DNA of 64,000 nucleotides from Candidatus Eiseniibacteriota bacterium (GTDB lineage Bacteria; Eisenbacteria; RBG-16-71-46; SZUA-252): NCBI GenBank assembly GCA_963740415.1, contig CAVUEC010000003.1, positions 116,588 to 180,587 of the forward strand, read 5' to 3'. Shown piece by piece: positions 58,316 to 64,000 of this stretch (position 1 is its first letter; each line of letters starts with the position of its first letter). The notes under the pieces were generated by a model. It saw only the letters and a program-made list of their open reading frames with translations, ran no database searches and was not told where the DNA came from. The position numbers and the translations under genes were made by a program.

Positions 58316-59633
58316 TGGATCTGCATGCCGGAGATCGCCCGGCTGATCACCAGTCGCTGGATCTCGGAGGTCCCCTCGAAGATCGTCCAGATCTTGGCGT
58401 CGCGATGCATCCGCTCCACCGGGAACTCGCGGCTGTAGCCGTTGCCGCCCAGGATCTGAATCGCGCGCTCGGTCGTCCAGACGGCGACCTCGCCGGCCTT
58501 CAGCTTCGACATCGAGCCCTCGGCGTTGTTGAAGTCCTTGCCGGTCTTGCCCATCCAGGCGGCCCGGTGGATCAGCAGCCGCGCGGCGTCGATCTCCATC
58601 TTCATGTCGGCGAGCGTGAAGGCGATCGCCTGGTTCTCGATGATCTTCCGCCCGAACGCCTCGCGCTCCTTGGCGTAGTCGAGGGCGTACTCGTAGGCGG
58701 CCCGGGCGATCCCGACCGCCTGCGCGCCGACCGTCGGCCGCGAGAGCTCGAAGGTCCGCATCGCGGCCTGGCCCTTGGACGATCTTGCCCTCCTTCGCCT
58801 TGGCGATCCGCTCGTCGAGCTTCTCCTTGCCGCCGAGCAGGCAGGAGCCGGGGACGCGGACGTCGTCCAGGTGGACGTCGGCCGTGTGCGAGGCGCGGAT
58901 CCCGTGCTTCTTCACCTTGGCGCCCTGCTCGAGCCCCTTGGTGCCCGGGGGGATGACGAAGGCGGCGTGGCCGCGCGAGCCGAGCTCGCGATCGACCGAG
59001 GCGATCACGACGTGGACGTTCGCGATCCCACCGTTGGTCGCCCAGGCCTTCTGCCCGTTGATGACCCACTCGTCCTTGCCCTCGTCGTACTTGGCGGTGG
59101 TCCGGTAGCCGGAGACGTCGGAGCCGGCGTCCGGCTCGGAGGCGCAGAACGCGCCGACCTTGACGTCGTTCTCGTCGCCGAAGCACTGCGGCACCCACTC
59201 GACCAGCTGCTCGGGGGTGCCCGAGCCGAAGATCCCGGCGACCGCGAGCGTCGTCCCGAAGATCGCCATCCCGATCCCGGCGTCGCCCCAGAAGAGCTCC
59301 TCGTTCACCAGGGGGAAGGTGAGCCCGGACGGGATCGGCCCAGAACTGCGCGATCGACTCGAACCCGTAGAGCCCGATCTTGGCCGCCTCCTGCACGACG
59401 GGCCAGGGGAACTCCTCCTTCTCGTCCCACTCATGCGCGGCGGGGCGGACGGTCTGCTCGGCGAACCCATGCGCCCAGTCGCGCACGTCCTGCTGATCCT
59501 GGGAGAGCTCGAGCGAGAACGTGGTGTCGCCGGCCTCGATCCCAAGCTGCTCCTGGATCTGAGCCTCGTCGACCTCCCCGTTCTGCCCCTGCTTCTCAGT
59601 CTGTTCCGTCGCCTTCTCCTCAGCGGTCGCCAT
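58312..59633 (-). pseudogene. Acyl-CoA dehydrogenase with 2 frameshifts
   Basis: N-terminal (MATAEEKATEQ...QDVRDWAHGFAEQTVRP...), middle (...GAFCASEPDAGSDVSGYRTTAKYDEGKDEWVINGQKAWATNGG...) and C-terminal (...[45 protein letters not shown]) domains lie in three frames. Confidence 0.65.
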
Positions 59634-59812
59634 GGCGCGTCAAATCCTCCTAAGTCTTGTCGGGTCTCGATGCCGACCCTCTGTTGCTACCGAGAGTAGC
59701 AAAATACTACCCAAGGTAGGAATTAGCCAAACCGGACGCGGTCCGTGCGTAGAGTCTGGTCACGCCTCGACGAAAGGAGAAGAGATGAGTGCGCCGCTGA
59801 GGCGTGGGTGCC

Positions 59813-60083
59813 ATGAGCGCCGAGGGAAAGATCAGCCGCCGATCAGGCTCGGAGCGTCGGTGAGCAGATCGGGATCGACTGGGACACGGCGCCCTTCGAC
59901 GTCGAGCAGTTCCGGATCGGCATGGAGGTCGAGCTGGAGCACGGCTCCCACGACCCGCGCACCAACGTCACCGACGACGACCCGGTCACCACGGGCAAGA
60001 TCGCCTGGGCCCACTTGAACGAGTTCCCCGACTACTACACGCGCCTCCAGAAGATGGAGACCGAGGCGGAGTCCGGGACCTAA
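59813..60083 (+). pseudogene. Small DUF5661-like protein with a single-base insertion frameshift
   Basis: MSAEGKIS[+1]ADQARSVGEQIGIDWDTAPFDVEQFRIGMEVELEHGSHDPRTNVTDDDPVTTGKIAWAHLNEFPDYYTRLQKMETEAESGT. Removing one C in atcagccgccgatcagg restores the frame. An AGGAGA RBS lies upstream. The family assignment is from memory. Confidence 0.4.
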
Positions 60084-60144
60084 GCCGATTAGCTCGGCCT
60101 TAGCGGTCCGTCTAAGTTGGTGAAACCACCAACAGGAGGACGAA

Positions 60145-60561
60145 ATGGCTGCGCACCAAGAGCAAGACCCGGATCTCAGAGGTGGCGGGCGGTGATGATC
60201 CCCGTCAGCGATCAGGACAAGGCGATCGAGTTCATACGCGAGCAAGCTGGGCTTCGAGAAGCGCAGCGACACTCCGTTCGGCGACGGCAACCGCTGGGTC
60301 GCGGTGGCGACCGGCGGGCGCCGAGACCGCGCATCGCGCTGGTCGAGCCGCGGCCGCAGGATTCCGTCGGGGCTCGAGGTCCCCGTCGGACTGAACAGCG
60401 ACGGACGTCGATGGCCGACCACGCCGATCTCGAAGGCCAACGGGTGTCGACGTGGACGAGGAGGTCTCCCGGACGGGCGATCCCGTCCCGCCCATGTTCT
60501 GCGTTCTCGCGACCAGGACGGCAGCGCCCTGATGGTCGTCGAGCGGACGCGACGGTACTGA
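60145..60561 (+). pseudogene. Glyoxalase/bleomycin-resistance (VOC) family protein with ~6 frame switches in ~420 bp
   Basis: AGGAGGA RBS plus ATG at 60145. Fragments VMIPVSDQDKAIEF / KLGFEKRSDTPFGDGNRWVAVATGG / ETAIALVEPRPQDSVG / LEVPVGLNSD / HADLEGQ.GVDVDEEVSRTGD / PVPPMFCF / RDQDGSALMVVERTRRY* alternate among all three frames. Confidence 0.5.
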
Positions 60562-60631
60562 CGAGAAGCGACCGGCAGGTCGCCGCGTTCGGACCCGCGC
60601 GAGCCTGCCGGGCAGCCTCCGAGCCGGATAG

Positions 60632-61999
60632 GCCGGGGATACGATTGGGCTCAGGATTGCGCTGACCTCTCCTCAGACCCGGTACGCCAAGTCCGGCGAC
60701 GCCTCGATCGCCTACCAGGTCGTCGGCGATGGGCCGATCGACCTGGTCCTCGTCCTCGGCTTCACCACCCACCTCGAGCTCCAGTGGGAGTCGCCTCCGA
60801 TGGCTCACTTCTTCGAGCGGCTCGCCTCGTTCTCGCGCCTGATCATCTTCGACAAGCGCGGCAACGGGCTGTCCGACCCGGTCACCGAGGTGCCGACCCT
60901 CGAGCAGCGGATCGACGACGTCCGGGCGGTGATGGACGCCGCCGGGTCGGAGCGGGCGGCACTCTTCGGGATCTCCGAGGGCGGCCCGATGAGCGTCCTG
61001 TTCGCGGCCACCCACCCCGAGCGCGTCTCGGCGCTGGTGCTCCACGGCGCCATGGGGCGCACCACCGAGGCGCCCGACTACCCCTGGGCCGCGCCCGCGG
61101 AGGCGCTTCGCGAGTCCGCCGCCGAGTTCATCGCCCCCTACTGGGGGCAGGACGCGGAGGGGATGGTCGAGCTCTTCGCTCCGAGCTTCGCCGGCGATCC
61201 CGAGGCGGTCGAGTTCACCGCCCGTATGGAGCGCTCGTCCGCGAGCCCGGCGATGGTCCAGCAGATCTTCGAGATGTTCCTCGACATCGATGTGCGAGCC
61301 ATCCTGCCCACGATCCATGTTCCGACGCTCGTCATCCACCGGCGCGGCGACCGGGTGGTCAACCGGCGCGCGGGCGAGGAGCTCGCCGCGCAGATCCCGG
61401 GCGCCCGCTACGTCGAGCTGCCCGGGATCGACCACCTCCCCTGGGCGGGCGACGCGGAGGCCGTGCTCGGGGAGATCGAGGAGTTCCTGACCGGCGCCCG
61501 CTCGGTGGCCGAGCCCGACCGCGTGCTCGCCACGGTGATGTTCACGGACATCTGCGGCTCGACCGCGCGAGCGGCGGAGCTCGGGGATGCCGCCTGGCGG
61601 GAGCTGCTCGCGGCGCATCAGGACGCGGTGCGGCGGGAGCTGGAGCGCTTCGGCGGACGGGAGGTGAAGACGCTCGGCGACGGCAGCCTCGCCACCTTCG
61701 ACGGCCCGGCGCGGGCGATTCGCTGCGGGGGCGCGATCGCCGAGGCGGCCCGCTCCACCGGCCTGGAGGTGCGCATCGGCCTGCACTGCGGCGAGGTCGA
61801 GGTGATGGACGATGACGTCGGCGGCATCGCGGTCCACATCGCGGCGCGCGTCGGAGCCCTGGCCGGGCCGGGGGAGGTGCTCGTCACCAGCACGGTCAAG
61901 GATCTCGTCGCCGGGTCGGGGATTCAGTTCGCCGACCGCGGCGAGACGCAGCTCAAGGGGATCCCGGACGAATGGCGGCTCTTCGCGGCAGCGCCCTAG
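60632..61999 (+). CDS. Alpha/beta-hydrolase / class III adenylyl (nucleotidyl) cyclase fusion protein, LipJ(Rv1900c)-like; N-terminal start unresolved
   Basis: Open frame from the stop at 60629-60631. The hydrolase domain clearly begins before the first ATG (60800): ...YAKSGDASIAYQVVGDGPIDLVLVLGFTTHLELQWESPPMAHFFERLASFSRLIIFDKRG.... No ATG/GTG/TTG lies upstream in frame. The C-terminal cyclase domain reads VLATVMFTDICGSTARAAELGD...GLHCGEVEV...GIAVHIAARV. Confidence 0.6.
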   Translation, partial: AGDTIGLRIALTSPQTRYAKSGDASIAYQVVGDGPIDLVLVLGFTTHLELQWESPPMAHFFERLASFSRLIIFDKRGNGLSDPVTEVPTLEQRIDDVRAVMDAAGSERAALFGISEGGPMSVLFAATHPERVSALVLHGAMGRTTEAPDYPWAAPAEALRESAAEFIAPYWGQDAEGMVELFAPSFAGDPEAVEFTARMERSSASPAMVQQIFEMFLDIDVRAILPTIHVPTLVIHRRGDRVVNRRAGEELAAQIPGARYVELPGIDHLPWAGDAEAVLGEIEEFLTGARSVAEPDRVLATVMFTDICGSTARAAELGDAAWRELLAAHQDAVRRELERFGGREVKTLGDGSLATFDGPARAIRCGGAIAEAARSTGLEVRIGLHCGEVEVMDDDVGGIAVHIAARVGALAGPGEVLVTSTVKDLVAGSGIQFADRGETQLKGIPDEWRLFAAAP

Positions 62000-62322
62000 C
62001 GTCCGCGTGAGCGCCTGATCGAGCGCAGCACCAGCAGGGCGAGCACGGCGACGACCTGCCCGCCGAGGATCACCCGGTTCAAATCGAGAGCGGGCTCCCA
62101 GTCCACCTGCTCGCCGCGGATCACGTAGGCGCCGACGGGCCGGGCCGGCACGCCGAAGCCGCCACCGCCGCCGGTCGTGCCGTCGGGCTGGTCGCCGCTA
62201 CCGCCCCCGACTCCGCCCATGGACGGACGCGGCCGGGATCACCGTCACCCCGTTGCGCTCGTAGGGCTCGCCGTAGACGCGCCGCACCGTGAGCGAGTCG
62301 CGCGCCGCCTCGAATGTCTCCT
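61996..62322 (-). pseudogene. GerW/YtfJ-like (sporulation-family) small protein with one frameshift
   Basis: MDVKETFEAARDSLTVRRVYGEPYERNGVTVIPAASV[shift]GGVGGGSGDQPDGTTGGGGGFGVPARPVGAYVIRGEQVDWEPALDLNRVILGG.... One extra C at ~62230 separates the two frames. The family call is from memory. Confidence 0.45.
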
Positions 62323-62392
62323 TCACGTCCATGGGTGTCTCCTTGTTCACGAGTGTTTCCCCGTGTCCAAGTGTGACGCGGATCGGTGGCGC

Positions 62393-64000
62393 TCAGCCGA
62401 CCCGCGCGGCCTGCCGGGCCGCCTTCACCCGGCCGGTGCGGTCCAGCAGCGCCTTCCGCGGCCGCATCGACTCGGGCGTGATCTCGACGCACTCGTCCGC
62501 GCGGATGAACTCGACCGCCTCCTCGAGCGAGAGGCGCTTGGCCGGCACCAGCTTGAGCATCTCGTCCGCCGACGCCGCCCGGACGTTGGTCTGCTGCTTC
62601 TCCTTGATCGCGTTGACGTCGAGGTCCTCGGCGCGCGAGTTCTCGCCGACGATCATGCCCTCGTAGACGTCCTCGCCCGGGCCGACGAAGAGCGTGCCGC
62701 GCTCCTGCAGGCCGAAGAGCGCGAAGGCGGCGGTCTTCCCCTGGCGGTCGGCGACCAGCGAGCCGGTCGGCCGCATCCGCAGGTCGCCGGCCCAGGGCTC
62801 CCAGCGGTCGAAGACGTGGTGCATCAGGCCGGTGCCGCGGGTCTCGGTCAGGAATTCCGTTCGGAAGCCGATCAGCCCGCGCGCCGGCACCAGGAACTCG
62901 AGGCGAACCCAGCCGGTCGAGTGATTGATCATCTGCTCCATCCGCCCCTTGCGCACCGCGAGCGCCTGGGTGACGACGCCGACGAAGTCCTCGGGCACGT
63001 CGATCGAGAGCAGCTCGACCGGCTCGCAGAGCTTGCCGTCGACCTCGCGGGTCAGCACCTGCGGCTGGCCGGCGGTGAGCTCGAACCCCTCGCGCCGCAT
63101 CAGCTCCAGCAGCACGACCAGCTGCAGCTCGCCGCGGCCCTCTATCTCCCAGACCTCGGGCCGCTCGGTGTCGCGGACCCGGATCGAGACGTTCCCGACC
63201 AGCTCCTGGTCGAGGCGGTCGCGGATCTGCCGCGCCGTCAGCCGCGATCCCTCCCTGCCCGCCAGCGGCGAGGTGTTGATCCCGACCGTGATCGAGAGCG
63301 AGGGCTCGTCCACCGTGATCACCGGCAGCGGCCGCGGGTCCTCGGGATCGGCGAGCGTCTCCCCGATCGTCACGTCGGGCAGGCCGGCGACGGCGATGAT
63401 CTCGCCGGGCCCGGCCTCCGTGGCCTCCACCCGGTCGAGCGCCTCGGTCACGTAGAGGTTGCTGACCGTCGCGTTGGTGATCTCGCCGTTCGCCCGGCAC
63501 CAGGCGATCCGCTGCCCGTCGCGAATCGTCCCGTTCCGCACCCGGCAGAGCGCGAGCCGCCCCACATAAGGGGACGCGTCCAGGTTGGTGACGTGCGCCT
63601 GCAGCGGCGCGCCCTCCTCGTACTCGGGCGCCGGGATCCGCTCCAGCACCAGGTCGAGGAGGGGGGAGAGGTCGGTGCCCTCGTCGCCCTCCTCCAGCGA
63701 GGCCCAGCCGGCCCGGGCGTTCGTGTAGACGATCGGAAAGTCGATCTGCGACTCGTCGGCATCGAGGTCGAGGAAGAGCTCATAGACCTCATCGACCACC
63801 TCGCCGATCCGGGCATCGGGCCGATCGACCTTGTTCACCACCAGGATCACCGGCAGATGGGCCTCGAGCGCCTTGCGGAGCACGAAGCGCGTCTGGGGGA
63901 GGGGCCCCTCGGAGGCGTCGACGAGGAGCAGCACCCCATCGACCATCGTCAGCCCGCGCTCGACCTCCCCACCGAAGTCCGCATGCCCGGGCGTGTCGAT
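62393..64000 (-). CDS. typA: Translational GTPase TypA/BipA (N-terminus beyond window end)
   Basis: ...[44 protein letters not shown]...NKVDRPDAR... and the BipA C-terminal domain. The frame remains open to position 64000 and is intact over 1.6 kb. Confidence 0.9.
   Translation of the reverse strand: MDTPGHADFGGEVERGLTMVDGVLLLVDASEGPLPQTRFVLRKALEAHLPVILVVNKVDRPDARIGEVVDEVYELFLDLDADESQIDFPIVYTNARAGWASLEEGDEGTDLSPLLDLVLERIPAPEYEEGAPLQAHVTNLDASPYVGRLALCRVRNGTIRDGQRIAWCRANGEITNATVSNLYVTEALDRVEATEAGPGEIIAVAGLPDVTIGETLADPEDPRPLPVITVDEPSLSITVGINTSPLAGREGSRLTARQIRDRLDQELVGNVSIRVRDTERPEVWEIEGRGELQLVVLLELMRREGFELTAGQPQVLTREVDGKLCEPVELLSIDVPEDFVGVVTQALAVRKGRMEQMINHSTGWVRLEFLVPARGLIGFRTEFLTETRGTGLMHHVFDRWEPWAGDLRMRPTGSLVADRQGKTAAFALFGLQERGTLFVGPGEDVYEGMIVGENSRAEDLDVNAIKEKQQTNVRAASADEMLKLVPAKRLSLEEAVEFIRADECVEITPESMRPRKALLDRTGRVKAARQAARVG

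Overview
High-GC (~66-72%) bacterial chromosomal segment, almost entirely coding, with most genes on the minus strand. Gene content points to a diderm of the FCB superphylum, most plausibly Gemmatimonadota-like. This is inferred from the KDO/LPS genes, TonB-dependent receptor, GWxTD and LVIVD proteins, and several T9SS-type C-terminal sorting domains.

Main blocks:
- 0.1-4.5 kb: kdsB-pyrG-kdsA-kdsD operon.
- 6-20.4 kb: a 14-kb co-directional gene string, mreB-mreC-mreD-mrdA-rodA-lgt-aroE-comF-[fused radical-SAM protein]-rng-rplU-rpmA-mdh.
- 20.5-26.4 kb: rhomboid-TPR protein, gdhA, and the peptidoglycan-recycling enzymes LdcA and DacB.
- 26.4-39.9 kb: envelope/secretion cluster with two outer-membrane beta-barrels, a TonB-dependent receptor, Fur, a GWxTD protein, an LVIVD protein and a large secreted protein.
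- 39.9-40.9 kb: dedA, then tRNA-Gln(CUG) and tRNA-Glu(CUC).
- 40.9-55.2 kb: M16 peptidase, a beta-propeller/di-haem cytochrome fusion, GT4, gltX, a 1390-aa C25 (gingipain-like) peptidase with FG-GAP repeats, and GT39. Four large secreted proteins share one ~85-aa C-terminal (Por_Secre_tail/FlgD-Ig-like) domain.
- 55.2-62.3 kb: an abrupt change of character. Actinobacteria-like genes (acyl-CoA dehydrogenase, alpha/beta hydrolase, VOC, DUF5661-like, GerW-like, hydrolase-adenylyl-cyclase fusion), almost all broken by multiple +1/-1 frameshifts, begin at a truncated transketolase C-terminal remnant.
- 62.4-64.0 kb: an intact partial typA/bipA.

The most notable items:
- The RNase G-linked fused radical SAM (TIGR03960-like plus TIGR03936-like) protein with an Asn/Gly-repeat linker.
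- Two large nested inverted-repeat elements (33-bp and 17-bp perfect stems) in intergenic regions.
- The shared C-terminal-domain cargo set.
- The frameshift-dense block.

No CRISPR arrays, rRNA genes or recognisable transposases were seen. Many long opposite-strand ORFs in the supplied track are high-GC shadow ORFs and were rejected.
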